Positions 48,693 to 59,663 of a stretch of 64,000 bases of DNA are shown piece after piece. The position numbers and the translations under genes are program-made. Origin of the DNA: Oligoflexales bacterium. GTDB taxonomy: Bacteria > Bdellovibrionota_B > Oligoflexia > Oligoflexales > CAIYRB01. Below the pieces are notes generated by a model, which had not been told where the DNA came from, ran no database searches, and saw only the letters and a list, made by a program, of their open reading frames with translations. Location of the stretch: assembly GCA_041736175.1 (NCBI GenBank), contig JBGSUI010000014.1:76017-140016 (forward strand). Direction: 5' to 3'. Positions within the stretch are counted from its first letter, which is position 1. Each line of letters starts with the position of its first letter.

Positions 48693-49385
48693 CTAGATTT
48701 CTGGCCCCATATAGGTGTGGTTTAGGTTTAGTCGACGCCAATTTGCATTTTGTTTGCCCACTTGGGGCGAAGTCTCCCAAGGGATTTGTGCTTCCAAGTG
48801 CAGCGTCGGGGGGTGGCAGCGTTCAGCATGGTAAGATGTGCCACTAGGGAGTGTGATGCGCACGCAAAACTGGAGTTTAGAATATTTTCTATGCCCTTCG
48901 ATCTGGGTCAGTGGTGAAGCGATATGGGCACTCCAGACATAGGGGCCGATCGCTTGGGCTTCGACGGCACCAGAGCGCTCCCAGCTGATAGGGCCTGCCT
49001 CCCCTTGGTCGTTGATCTCAGTACCCCCAAGGCCATAGATGATTTCGATTTGACTCCCATAGGGTAGGTCATCTTGATAAAAGTTTACAACCACGTCACC
49101 ATAAACTACGGAAGGTTGGTGCAATTGTTCTTCTGTAACGCTTGGGGTCGTTGACCACATGGGCGTTATCGATAAGGCGTGGGGGATGGGATCCACATAA
49201 AACCGCCCATCGACCCAGGTGTGGATGCCAGCGTAGGCTGTGGCTCCCCCTAGCCAAGGCTGTAGGAGGGTGGTGATCAAAACAAACTTCAAGACAAAGA
49301 CCCAAGTCCGAACTTGAAAAGTCTGTCTTTTATTCCCAGAACCCAGGACCTTTTCTTTGAGGGGCATGTGGTTTTGGAATAACAT
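48693..49385 (-). CDS. Hypothetical exported protein
   Basis: GGAGG SD before ATG 49385; hydrophobic N-terminal segment. Confidence 0.6.
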   Translation of the reverse strand: MLFQNHMPLKEKVLGSGNKRQTFQVRTWVFVLKFVLITTLLQPWLGGATAYAGIHTWVDGRFYVDPIPHALSITPMWSTTPSVTEEQLHQPSVVYGDVVVNFYQDDLPYGSQIEIIYGLGGTEINDQGEAGPISWERSGAVEAQAIGPYVWSAHIASPLTQIEGHRKYSKLQFCVRITLPSGTSYHAERCHPPTLHLEAQIPWETSPQVGKQNANWRRLNLNHTYMGPEI

Positions 49386-49579
49386 GAAGACCTCCGTGCA
49401 TTTCTGATGTATTGAAGCAAAGCTCCTAGCATCTAGCACTATTTTCAGATTTTTGAAAAGGGTTTCGCGGAGAGTTTTTGCTTAAGATCATGAAAAGTCT
49501 GGAACCTTAACCCTAAAATTTACTATAATTTAATAATCTCAGAGTGTTATTTTAATTCAGTCGTCTAGGAAAAACCCCA

Positions 49580-51433
49580 ATGCAACCCATCATCAGCTGC
49601 CAAAATCTCTCAAAATCATTCGGTGGGCGAGTCCTCTTTAAAGACCTCAGTTTTACCATCCAAGAAGGCGACCATATGGGGATCATCGGCCCTAATGGTA
49701 TGGGTAAGAGCACCCTCCTGCGGCTATTGGCCTCCATAGACCAGCCAGATGGGGGGAAGATCACGCGGCGTCGCCAGCTGAAAGTATCGGTGATGGAGCA
49801 GGCTGCAAACTTTAAGCCAAGCGATACGCCGCGATCCATCGTCACGGAGGCCTACCAACAAACCTCCAAAGAGGACGGGGAATATCAGACCAATATGATC
49901 CTTGACCGCCTCGGGTTTGGGACGGCGACGGCTCCCATAGATGTCCCTGTCAAAGAGCTTTCGGGGGGATGGCAACGGCGGGTCCTACTCGCAGCCGCGC
50001 TGGTGAGCGAACCAGATCTAGTGTTTCTGGACGAACCCACCAACCATCTGGATTTAGAAACCATACTCTGGCTTGAGGACTATCTCAAAAGGGCTCCCTT
50101 TACTTGGGTCTTGGTGAGCCATGATCGGATGTTTCTGGAAAAAACCACTACCCGTATCTTGGAGATCAATCGGGTTTTTCCCCAAGGTTCCCTGGGATTT
50201 TCGGGGAGCTATACTGCATTTATGGAGCAAAAAGCCGCTTTTTTAGAGGCCCAGCAGAATCAGGCAGAGTCCCTTGCCAATAAAGTGAGGCGGGAGGTGG
50301 AGTGGCTAAGAAAAGCTCCCCAAGCGCGGGCCACCAAGGCAAAGGGGCGGATTAAAGAGGCCCAAAAAATGATCCAGGAGCTCGCAGATGTGAAAGGGCG
50401 GCTTGCGAAAAATCCCGAAGGTGCAAAAGTCGAGTTTGCCGATAGCAATCGACAAACAAAACGGTTAGTTGTTTGTGAAGATGTGGGGCTGGAGTTTGGA
50501 AAGCGGCCGATCCTAAACGATGTGCAATTGGTCTTACGTCCCGGAATGAAGCTGGGACTTATGGGGCCCAATGGAGCGGGAAAATCCACCTTGCTGCGGA
50601 TGCTCGCAGGACTGATTAAGCCGACCCAGGGGACTGTCGTACTTGCTGAGGGTCTTCGCATTGTTTATTTTGATCAGAACCGCGACCAGCTCGACCCTAA
50701 GGCGACCCTTAAGCAGACTCTCGCTCCCCACGGTGATAGTGTTTCCTTTCAAGACCGCATGGTCCATATCACCACCTATGTGAAACGATTTAATTTTACC
50801 GTAGAGCATCTTGAGGTTCCCGTGCGGGAGTTGTCAGGAGGGGAGCAGGCCCGCGCTCTTATTGCCAAATTAATGCTAACACCTTCGGATCTCTTGCTCC
50901 TCGATGAGCCTACCAACGACTTAGATATTCAAACCCTGGATACGTTAGCCGCGAGTTTAGAGGAATTTGCAGGGGCTCTGGTCTTGATTTCCCACGATCG
51001 ATATCTGATTGACCAAGTTTGCAACACGATCGTGGCCATCAAGCCCCAAGGAAATCTCGGATACTATGCAGATCTTGAACAGTGGGAGACCGACTTACAA
51101 AAAAATACTAAAAACGCCGCCAAAAACCCCGAGGTTCCCGCAGCCGGTGACAGAGCAACACCGCCAGGATCTGGCAAAAAAACCAAGGCCCAAGGAAAGC
51201 TCTCCTATCTTGAGCAGCGGGAGTTTGATGGAATGGAGCGGGCGTTAGAGGAGGCGGAAAAAGAGCTGGCAGTCTGTCAAAGAGAGCTTGAGGATCCAAA
51301 GATTGCAGGTTCTGCTGGGCGGCTTATAGCAGCGTCTAAAGCCTTCGAACTCGCCCAGGCCAAGGTGCAAAAACTTTACGAGAGGTGGCAAGAGCTAGAA
51401 GCCAAGCTTGAGCAAATCCGCTCAGACTCCTAG
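49580..51433 (+). CDS. uup: ABC-F family ATPase (Uup-like)
   Basis: Two ABC cassettes (GPNGMGKS/LSGG/LDEPTNHLD and GPNGAGKS/LSGGE/LDEPTNDLD), KLSY coiled-coil tail, no TM. Confidence 0.88.
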   Translation: MQPIISCQNLSKSFGGRVLFKDLSFTIQEGDHMGIIGPNGMGKSTLLRLLASIDQPDGGKITRRRQLKVSVMEQAANFKPSDTPRSIVTEAYQQTSKEDGEYQTNMILDRLGFGTATAPIDVPVKELSGGWQRRVLLAAALVSEPDLVFLDEPTNHLDLETILWLEDYLKRAPFTWVLVSHDRMFLEKTTTRILEINRVFPQGSLGFSGSYTAFMEQKAAFLEAQQNQAESLANKVRREVEWLRKAPQARATKAKGRIKEAQKMIQELADVKGRLAKNPEGAKVEFADSNRQTKRLVVCEDVGLEFGKRPILNDVQLVLRPGMKLGLMGPNGAGKSTLLRMLAGLIKPTQGTVVLAEGLRIVYFDQNRDQLDPKATLKQTLAPHGDSVSFQDRMVHITTYVKRFNFTVEHLEVPVRELSGGEQARALIAKLMLTPSDLLLLDEPTNDLDIQTLDTLAASLEEFAGALVLISHDRYLIDQVCNTIVAIKPQGNLGYYADLEQWETDLQKNTKNAAKNPEVPAAGDRATPPGSGKKTKAQGKLSYLEQREFDGMERALEEAEKELAVCQRELEDPKIAGSAGRLIAASKAFELAQAKVQKLYERWQELEAKLEQIRSDS

Positions 51434-53167
51434 AGAGGCCGCGGTGGCTTCGGAGGTCACCAGAGCCATGTCCTCTAAGACCGCTCTGCCGACGCGGACT
51501 CCATCCAGAGCAGCACTGACAATGCCCCCCGCAAACCCAGCCCCCTCACCGGTAGGGAACAACCCTCGGTGGGAGACCGATTGGAACCCCTTGTCACGCA
51601 TCATCACGACGGGAGAGGAGGTTTTGGTTTCGACCCCGACCACCATGGCTTCGGGGTGAAGAAAACCTCGCATTTTTTGGTTGTAATCACCTACTGCTTG
51701 TCGCAGAGAGTCGGCGATAAACGAGGGCAGAATTTTATCCATCCTCGCACTTTGGATGCCTGGCAAGTAACTGGAGGTAAGGGTCCCCTTGGATTTTTGT
51801 CCTTTGACAAAATCCAAAAGCCTTTGGGCCGGAGCGTGGTAGTTGCCGCCGCCTTCACGAAAGGCATGGCGCTCGATGGCCGCTTGAAAGTGCATCCCGT
51901 CTAAGGGATGGCCCTTAAAAAAATCTTGGCGCATGACGTTGACCACGACTGCCGCATTAGCAAAGGAGCTATTTCGGGCGTAGTAGCTCATGCCGTTGAT
52001 CGCCAGGTGACCCTCCTGGGCATTGGTCGGGAGCAGGTGGCCCCCCGGACACATGCAAAAAGTCCAGATCCCACGGTCGCCTTTTTGGGCCGCCAGTTTA
52101 TACTCTGCTGCTGGCAAGAGATCACATTGTCCATACTGGATTTTGTTGATGACATCTTGGGGATGCTCCAACCGGGCCCCCATGGCAAAGGGCTTGGGAG
52201 CCATGGCCAGGCCCCTTTCAAGGAGCATCTCGTAGGTGTCTCGGGCTGAATGACCCACCGCGACGATCAGGTGGTCCGTCTTAAGGCTTTGGCCATCTGA
52301 GAGATGGACGGTATACCGCGCCCCTCCCGTCGACAGGCTGGGGGAATCGTCCTCTCCATGGTACTGGAAGTCGGTCCATTGGGTCTCAAAGAGAAACTGG
52401 CAGCCGAGATCAAGCAACTCCTGGCGCTGGGCGTGGGCGATTTTAAGGAGGTTGTCCGTCCCGATATGGGGATGGGCTTCATAGAGGATCGATTCGGGAG
52501 CGCCGTGCCGCACCCACTCCTGGAAGAGGTATTTGACGTAAGGATGGTTGCGGCCACAGGTCAATTTGCCATCGGAAAAGGTGCCTGCACCGCCTTCCCC
52601 AAAACAGTAATTTGATTTTGCGGAAAAGCCTTCGCCCCTTCGCAATTTACCCACAGTCTTTAGGCGTTTTGCAACGGTCTCGCCCCGCTCGACGATGATC
52701 GAGGGTTGCCCACTCTGGGCAAGGATCAGAGCGGCAAAGATTCCGGCGGGGCCGCTGCCAATAATCACAGGCATATGTCTTACGGAGCCTGTCTTGATTC
52801 CTTGGAGGGGATGGAGCTGCTGAAGGGGGTCTGTCGCGCCCTCGATCACCTCGCAAGAAGCACTGTGTTTTGCAGCAAAATGGGCTTCGCTATGAAGGGG
52901 GTTTGTTAGGGAGTTTTCAAGGGAAATGTCGAGCTGGTAGCGATAGACGATCCTAGAGTTTCGTCTCGCATCGAGGGATTTTTTATGGACTCTGAGCTGG
53001 AGGATATCGTCGGTAGAAATCTCTAGGGTTTTAGCAGCATAGCGTTTGAGGAGGAGGGGATCTATGGCATTAAAACCCTGTTTAGATGTGGTCCCCTCAG
53101 GCCCGGCTGCTTTGGTCTCATGGACTTCTTGCACAGGGATTTCGATATTTTTGACCCGAAGGACCAT
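51422..53167 (-). CDS. FAD-dependent oxidoreductase
   Basis: IIGSGPAG, GEGGAGTFSDGKL, FCMCPGG, GEGAGFAGGIVSAALDG. Confidence 0.88.
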   Translation of the reverse strand: MVLRVKNIEIPVQEVHETKAAGPEGTTSKQGFNAIDPLLLKRYAAKTLEISTDDILQLRVHKKSLDARRNSRIVYRYQLDISLENSLTNPLHSEAHFAAKHSASCEVIEGATDPLQQLHPLQGIKTGSVRHMPVIIGSGPAGIFAALILAQSGQPSIIVERGETVAKRLKTVGKLRRGEGFSAKSNYCFGEGGAGTFSDGKLTCGRNHPYVKYLFQEWVRHGAPESILYEAHPHIGTDNLLKIAHAQRQELLDLGCQFLFETQWTDFQYHGEDDSPSLSTGGARYTVHLSDGQSLKTDHLIVAVGHSARDTYEMLLERGLAMAPKPFAMGARLEHPQDVINKIQYGQCDLLPAAEYKLAAQKGDRGIWTFCMCPGGHLLPTNAQEGHLAINGMSYYARNSSFANAAVVVNVMRQDFFKGHPLDGMHFQAAIERHAFREGGGNYHAPAQRLLDFVKGQKSKGTLTSSYLPGIQSARMDKILPSFIADSLRQAVGDYNQKMRGFLHPEAMVVGVETKTSSPVVMMRDKGFQSVSHRGLFPTGEGAGFAGGIVSAALDGVRVGRAVLEDMALVTSEATAASLGV

Positions 53168-53291
53168 GATAGAGAGCTCCTAGAAGTAAACGAGAAGCCT
53201 CGTACCACAAAACATCCCCCAGTGGATAGGGTAAAAATCAAAATCCCCAAAGGGGACTTGATTTTTTCTTTGAATTTCAGATACTTGACGA

Positions 53292-54419
53292 TTAATGGCT
53301 TGAAACGATTTGGCTGGTGATCGCTTCACGCAGAGGTTTGCCATGGACATGGATCTTTTGGCCGTTGAGGAAAAACGTCGGGGTCCCCGTCACGCCGATT
53401 TTTTGCATTGCCTTAGCGGTCGCGGTGACAAAACCTGCCGCTTCAGGTGTGGCCAAACAGGTTTCAATCTTTGCTGCATCTACCTGGGATTCTTTGGCGA
53501 CTTCGAGCACAGGATCTTTAGAGTCAGCGTCGGTCATCTTCCAGCCTTTGGTGCGGGCGATCCGAAAGGCGGCTTCATGGTATTTCCAAAAAGCTTCGTC
53601 CCCTTGTTGTTTCGCACAAAAAGCTCCACGAGCTAAAGCACCGCTCAGGGTTTCATTGCGAAGGCTATAGGGGACGGGAACAAAGCGGACTTTATCGCCT
53701 AAATCTTTTACGATTTGGTCCATCTCTTCGGCAGCGGCTTGGCAATGGGGGCAAAGGTAGTCAGCGACTTCCACAAGAGTATTGGCGGCACTTGCCGGAC
53801 CTTTTGCCGTAAAGGGCGAGATATCGATGGTGACTTTAGGGGAGATCGGTGCGGGGAGGAGCAGTTTGAACCGCTGGCTGGTTTTAAGCTCTTCGCTCTT
53901 GCTACGAATGAGATCGTTGAGTTTTTGGCTTTTGAGGTAGCGGTTGATGTCGGGCTTCAGCTGCTCAAAGGATGTGCCTTCGGGAAAACGAGCTTTGTTT
54001 GCTTCGTAGAGGGATTTAGCTTCTTCGTCGGTTGGTGAGCCTACATCCACGAGTTCTTCGAGGGGGGGTAGTGGATCACTCGATTCCTTGCCTTTTTCCT
54101 TAGCCAAGGATTTTTGAAGGGCTAACTGGGTAAGGGTGGTTGTGAGTCGTTCGTATGATTCGTGCCTTATGTCATAGGTTTGTGCTTGAGTTTCGGCTCC
54201 TAAATCCTTTTCTGAGTAGGGTTTTCCGTCCAGCTCAAAAAGCACTTGGGTATCATTTGTTGCGTTAGCAGGAGAAGCCGCGTTTTGTGCAGCAGGAGTC
54301 GAAGATGATGGGAGGGGTGTGGGTGCGGTGGTTTTTGGGGACTTTGACACATAGACTGCGCCCCCACCGAGTGCCGCTCCGACAATAAGACCGCCGATGA
54401 CGCCAGCAACTGAATTCAT
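53292..54419 (-). CDS. Membrane-anchored DsbA-like thioredoxin-fold protein
   Basis: DYLCPHC, GVTGTPTFFLNG, N-terminal TM. Confidence 0.9.
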   Translation of the reverse strand: MNSVAGVIGGLIVGAALGGGAVYVSKSPKTTAPTPLPSSSTPAAQNAASPANATNDTQVLFELDGKPYSEKDLGAETQAQTYDIRHESYERLTTTLTQLALQKSLAKEKGKESSDPLPPLEELVDVGSPTDEEAKSLYEANKARFPEGTSFEQLKPDINRYLKSQKLNDLIRSKSEELKTSQRFKLLLPAPISPKVTIDISPFTAKGPASAANTLVEVADYLCPHCQAAAEEMDQIVKDLGDKVRFVPVPYSLRNETLSGALARGAFCAKQQGDEAFWKYHEAAFRIARTKGWKMTDADSKDPVLEVAKESQVDAAKIETCLATPEAAGFVTATAKAMQKIGVTGTPTFFLNGQKIHVHGKPLREAITSQIVSSH

Positions 54420-54582
54420 ATAAACCTTTCAAGAGATCAAAATAGAGGTTTGCCCTTAAGACCCTAGGATCTCTCCCATAGTCTTTTTACCAATCTGTGC
54501 ACTTGGCAGCTCTATTCTGGATGATTCCCTTGATTAAATCAATCAGTTCCCATAGGGATGCAGCGCTTTTTTAAAAGTTTCG

Positions 54583-55722
54583 TCAGGTTACGCGTGTGAG
54601 GCGGATATAGTGCATCAATAGCGGGTCCGTTCCCCCATAGCGCGCCGAGGCCAGACACTCGATATCTCCATGGTCCATCAGTTTTTGTATAGCTTTTCTC
54701 AGTCCTGCTGCTGTCAAGTGCATAGATTCGAGGGTCTCTTTTGCATAGACGTTGCTGGCTTGAAAGGTTGCCTCATGGGCTAACTTTTTGAGAAAACCGA
54801 CTTGACCGGCCGACAGTCTTTCCAGTTTTGATTCGTAATATGAGGATCTGCTCGACACATACTCAATAATCAGCTTTTCTATCAATTCATCAGTGAATTT
54901 TTGGTCAGAAAAACGGCTGTTGGCTTCAAAGCAGATCCGGTGAATGGCCTCAGGCGATCTGAGCAGTCGATTCTGCAAATGGATCAACACATCATCGGAA
55001 CAAAGCTTAAGTTGTCCTGTTAAGCGCTCTCTGAGATAATTCGAGTATTCCTCGTATGGAATCTCATCAACCTCAACAGTGGCGCCCCAGTCGGCGAACG
55101 GTGCGTCCTTTTTATGAAAGACCTCTACGAGCAGGTGTCGCTTCGATCCTAGACAGATGATCGGCATATCCAGCGGCAGCTCCTCAAACTTGCGTCTGAG
55201 CAATGCTTCCGCTCCGGAAACCTTGGCAATGTCTTGAAATTCGTCAAAGCAAAGTAGACATGGCTTGCCGCTTTTATGCAGATCGGCAAGTTTGTCGAGC
55301 AATATGTCAATCGCAATGATGTTTTTGCCGCGCACTGAAAGACCAAATTCCATTTTGCCGTCGTCAGCAAGCGTATAAGTCGGCGATAATCCCTTGAGGA
55401 TCTCCACTGCCGACTGCAGAAAGGATCTGACCTTGGCCTTCCTTTGCAGCTCGGAGCTAAAACTCTTCGTAAAGCGTTCGTTGATATCGTCAAGGCTTTT
55501 AACGTGCATGAATTCGGTGTAAATGGTCAGGCCGTTTTTCCGGCCCTTATGCCAAAACGGTATGATGATGTTTTTCACGATGGAAGTCTTCGCCCTGTTT
55601 CGTCTGCCAAAAAGGACTACTTTTCTGCCATCGTCTATGAAACGTTTGATTTTTTCTACGCAGCTCTTTTGGTTGCAGATGTTTTCCTCATCGACAAGCG
55701 CATCAAAAACAAATCTCTTCAC
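54583..55722 (-). CDS. ATPase_2-like P-loop protein with C-terminal wHTH
   Basis: GRRNRAKTS (Walker A variant), CFDEFQ (Walker B), LGSKRHL, DPLL. Confidence 0.8.
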   Translation of the reverse strand: MKRFVFDALVDEENICNQKSCVEKIKRFIDDGRKVVLFGRRNRAKTSIVKNIIIPFWHKGRKNGLTIYTEFMHVKSLDDINERFTKSFSSELQRKAKVRSFLQSAVEILKGLSPTYTLADDGKMEFGLSVRGKNIIAIDILLDKLADLHKSGKPCLLCFDEFQDIAKVSGAEALLRRKFEELPLDMPIICLGSKRHLLVEVFHKKDAPFADWGATVEVDEIPYEEYSNYLRERLTGQLKLCSDDVLIHLQNRLLRSPEAIHRICFEANSRFSDQKFTDELIEKLIIEYVSSRSSYYESKLERLSAGQVGFLKKLAHEATFQASNVYAKETLESMHLTAAGLRKAIQKLMDHGDIECLASARYGGTDPLLMHYIRLTRVT

Positions 55723-55996
55723 GGTGCTGCCCTCAATTGATCCAAGTAGTATACATACCGATAGGTATATTACATAATCCCCGGTATATCTTCGACTTTA
55801 ATGATGTAATATACTGTTATTATTAATGTATGAATATTATTCCGTTAGGTATGAATACAAAATAGATTCATTAATGGCCAAACCTGGCAGCGATTAAAAA
55901 AACACCCACCTGGTGCAGATACGCGTCCAAAACTGCTTGATAGTGCCCAGGTTATTGTGATGTTGAAGGGGGTTGGAGCGGGGTGGAGGGGGGATC

Positions 55997-56150
55997 TTGC
56001 GTGATACTGGGATCATTGCGTGATACTCTGATAATTGCGTGATTATGTATGATTGGCATCTAGATGGCAGTTTGGGTTTAAACTCAGTAAATTTTATATC
56101 ATATTGTTTTTATTGAATTTAATAAAAATATATGGTGACGATTGCGTGAT
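55997..56150 (+). repeat. TTGCGTGAT direct repeats
   Basis: At 55997, 56016, 56035 (19-bp period) and 56142. Confidence 0.8.
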
Positions 56151-56195
56151 ATTTGATATAATTTTTTTGCACAAGTTACTGCGATAGGGGACTAT

Positions 56196-57261
56196 GTGAC
56201 CGATTTCCCAGCTCGAGAAGATAAGAGGACCGAATTCAAATTAAATTTCAGCAATATGCATGGAATATTGAAGACATGCGCTGCTTTTGCCAATACCGCC
56301 GGTGGCAGCGTGTTTGTGGGGATCGGTGACAGAGGCCACATAGAAGGAGTATGACGCCAGTGTGACCTCGTCTTTGGCAAGCGTTAAAGATCTTGATGCC
56401 GGCCTACTCACGGTGGCCTATGGCAATTTTTCTGAGGACGATCTGTGTCGAGAGTCTGTTCTTGTCAAAGACATTGACTCTACGGCGAGACCAACTTTAG
56501 CGGCACTGATGGTTTTTGGCCACGAACCGCAAAAATTCCTTTATGAACGAGGTGTGATTGTTACAAAATTTGCCGGCATAAAAGGGCGAAATATTGTTAG
56601 GTCCACTGAGGTCTCGGGTTCCATAGGCAAATTAACTACCGATGTTATCGCCTTGATAAACGAATACACCACCGAAAAATATGTGATGACCGATCAGATT
56701 TATCTGAGACCAAAACTGTTTTTTCCGGACATAGCACTTCGCGAACTTATCTTAAATGCCCTTATCCATCGAAAATACCAAATAACAGCTCCGACCAAAG
56801 TGGCTATTTACGACGACCGAGTCGAGATTTTCAGTCCTGGCGAGTTGCCGCCTGCAATCACACTAGAGAGTCTGGGCGATGGTACCAGCCAAATCAGAAA
56901 TGTGCATATTGCCAAGTTTGCTCGTAAAGTGGGACTTATGGAAAAGCTGGGCAGCGGCATCCGCGAAGCGAAGGAAGCACTGGCTCATGCCAGTATCCCG
57001 CCCCCAGTCTTTATTGAACAGGCTACAAGTTTCAAATGCGTAATCTTTCGCGCCAAGACTGTTGGCAAAAGTGACAATCCAAGACAGATCGCCTTGGATT
57101 TCCTGCAAGAAAACACGTGGATCAGTAAGAGGGACTTGGTGAAATCTGGAGTCTCAGATCGTAATGCGTCTTTAATCCTAAAAAAGCTTTTGGAAGAGGG
57201 GCTCTTGCATCGGGAGGGGGCTGCACGAGCCACTCGCTTTCGAAAAAAGTCGAATGCCTAG
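56196..57261 (+). pseudogene. AlbA_2 + HATPase_c_4 (RecG-C-like) + wHTH gene, internally deleted and frameshifted
   Basis: 56196-56354 encodes EDKRTEFK...AFANTAGGSVFVGIGDRG then stops; next frame continues YDAS...KDLD...LRELILNALIHRKY...DRVEIFSPG...MEKLGSGI. Confidence 0.85.
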
Positions 57262-57365
57262 GAGTCATAAATTGTCTGGTAAGTGCTGTATCGGGTAAAA
57301 CGTACCTACCTTACGGTGTTGGTTCCTAGTATAAACATCCCACAAAAATTTAATGGGGGGTGTCC

Positions 57366-59663
57366 TTAAAATTCATCCTGAACCAGCTGGATTCTCACAA
57401 ACGACGGGTATGGCAGAGGCTGGGGAAACTTGATCACATTAAGAGTCCTTGTGTAGCTGGTGGTGATCACATCATTCACCCATACGGTCCAGACCTGGTA
57501 GTCGGTGGGGGTTGGGATTTTTTCCAGCTTCAGTGTGAACTCTTGGAAGGACGCAGCGACATAGCGGTATTCCACCCGAGCTGATGTGACCGTATCTGGA
57601 AAGTTGCAGTTTTTAACGTTGACGACGGGACCGACGATCACCACGTTAGCGGGGGGGCAGACCATGGTTCCTGAGCTGACGCGGACTGATCCAGCGAGGG
57701 GATTTTGCGGGAGAGGGATATCGTAGGTTTTTTGGCTAGGATCCTGAAAGCGAACGGTCACCTTACGACCCTCAATAAACTCATCAGGATTCACGGTCAT
57801 GATCCCAGCGGCGTAGGTGACGCGGATCGGGACGAGGGTGATGGTATCAAAAGCATCGAGGTCAGCCGGTGTTCCGGGTGGAGCCAAAAAGGGATATTGG
57901 TAGACAGGAGAGCCGATCACAGCATAGCTAAACTCCAGGGTGGCCCCTTCGGGGGGAGCGGTGTTAAAGGTGATGATTCCGACAGCTTCGGCGACGGTAA
58001 AATCTGTTGTATCAACCCCGTTGATTTTGACTTTAAGAGTGCCCGCTTTGATCTCCTCGCCCACGGAAAATCCAGTCTTGAACTCCACGGCGCCGAAATA
58101 GGCGACGGTGATTTTAGCCCCGATGGGAGGAGGTACGATAAAGTCGATCAAGGCTTCACCGGGGTTGATCACATAGTCGGCGGGGTTCACGATGGCCCCA
58201 TTCACAGTCACGATCGCCTTGCCATCGTAGGGTCCAAATCTGAGTTTAAAAGCGGTTTGAGGTGGCTTCACATCGTAACGGTAGTTGATGGCGATGGCAG
58301 CCCCGTCCGGAGGGGGAGGGGTGATGGTCACCGTGCGGCCTTGGATGGTGATTCCCTGTTTAATTTCAGTGGCGTTGACAAACACCCTGAGGGTGGTCGG
58401 CTCAGGTTCAAATTTCAGGGTAAACTGGGCATTGAGAGAGTCCAGCATATCTTTAGAGATTTGATTGAGTGCTTGGGTGTAGTCCTTAGCGCAGATATTT
58501 CCATAGGTGCCTTTAGTCGCGGTGATCAACTCAGCGTAGGTCTTAGCAATATGTTTGCCCTCGGGACACTGATCAGCGGGGATATTGGGATGCCAGACGA
58601 TTCCGTAGACCCGAGCATTTTTGCCAGGTTCTCGAATGGTGCTTAAATAATCTAACAAGTAGCTAGCGTAGGCATGGGGCTTATTGCCGCATTGCCGACC
58701 GTTGCTGCAATTGTCTTCGTCACTCACAAAGACGACCGCTAAGGTGGAGTCGTTGCGTATCCAGGGTTCGGTCATACAGCTCGATGACAGAGACCTCACG
58801 GCGTTCAGGAGACCTTTTTCAACCCAGTTGCCTCGGGTGCCAGGTGATACCGCTGCTGAAAACCGGGTCTTTGCATCTACATCACCTTTTTTGATCAGTG
58901 AACGGAGGCAGCCTTCTTGGCATCCCGTGGTGGTTACACCGATCGCCCAGTTAGTCTTGTCGATCGAGGCGAGAAGTGCACTGAGTTTGGTGGAGAGATT
59001 GGCCTGATTATCTTTCATAGAAGGAGAGTCATCGACCACGAGGAGGATATCTAGGTTGCGCTCTGCCATTTGTCCAAAGCGTTCGACCACCGCTTGGCCC
59101 GTGGGAACCTGCTCTAAGCGATCGAGGTAGGCTGGACGGAGTGCCTGTTGGACGGTTTTCTTGCGTTTGATGTCAGGCTTTATCATGGTGAATTGGTGCA
59201 ACAGGAGGGGGTTGCCAAATTCCTTTTCGACGACGGCTTCTTCTGTGAGATGGGCCGGAAAAGTGGATTCGGTGGTGACTGTCCTGCGAGGGGGTTTAGG
59301 GGGATCGATAGGGCCGGGAGGGAGCGGCTCAGGAGTGACCGGAGGTGGCATCACAACTGGACCTTCAGGGGGTAGTTCAAGGGGTGGTGCTGGGAGCGGG
59401 GGTTCTTGAATTGGAGGTTCCCCTGGGACGGCAGCAGGCGAAGGTGCTGGTGCGGCTGGAACCGGTGGCAGAGTTGTTCCAATGTCTTGGATAGAATTGG
59501 TGTTGGCTTCCGGTCCGGGACTGTCTCCAACACTGTCCAGTGAGTCGCCTTGGATAAGGTTGACCTTTTCCTTAAACGAAGGTTTTTCTCCGCAGGAGCT
59601 AATGGCAAACATAAGGGCCAAGTGATGCACTGTGGTCACAAGTAATTTCACATTAATTTTCAT
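57366..59663 (-). CDS. vWA-domain lipoprotein with Pro-rich linker and repeated beta-domains
   Basis: ISSC lipobox; DILLVVDDSPSM (MIDAS), VSDEDNCS; repeated V.VNG...PP.GA.I...Y units. Confidence 0.8.
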   Translation of the reverse strand: MKINVKLLVTTVHHLALMFAISSCGEKPSFKEKVNLIQGDSLDSVGDSPGPEANTNSIQDIGTTLPPVPAAPAPSPAAVPGEPPIQEPPLPAPPLELPPEGPVVMPPPVTPEPLPPGPIDPPKPPRRTVTTESTFPAHLTEEAVVEKEFGNPLLLHQFTMIKPDIKRKKTVQQALRPAYLDRLEQVPTGQAVVERFGQMAERNLDILLVVDDSPSMKDNQANLSTKLSALLASIDKTNWAIGVTTTGCQEGCLRSLIKKGDVDAKTRFSAAVSPGTRGNWVEKGLLNAVRSLSSSCMTEPWIRNDSTLAVVFVSDEDNCSNGRQCGNKPHAYASYLLDYLSTIREPGKNARVYGIVWHPNIPADQCPEGKHIAKTYAELITATKGTYGNICAKDYTQALNQISKDMLDSLNAQFTLKFEPEPTTLRVFVNATEIKQGITIQGRTVTITPPPPDGAAIAINYRYDVKPPQTAFKLRFGPYDGKAIVTVNGAIVNPADYVINPGEALIDFIVPPPIGAKITVAYFGAVEFKTGFSVGEEIKAGTLKVKINGVDTTDFTVAEAVGIITFNTAPPEGATLEFSYAVIGSPVYQYPFLAPPGTPADLDAFDTITLVPIRVTYAAGIMTVNPDEFIEGRKVTVRFQDPSQKTYDIPLPQNPLAGSVRVSSGTMVCPPANVVIVGPVVNVKNCNFPDTVTSARVEYRYVAASFQEFTLKLEKIPTPTDYQVWTVWVNDVITTSYTRTLNVIKFPQPLPYPSFVRIQLVQDEF

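Noticed and set aside
57705..58646. 313-aa plus-strand ORF
   Set aside because: Antisense shadow of the vWA lipoprotein with no recognisable motifs.
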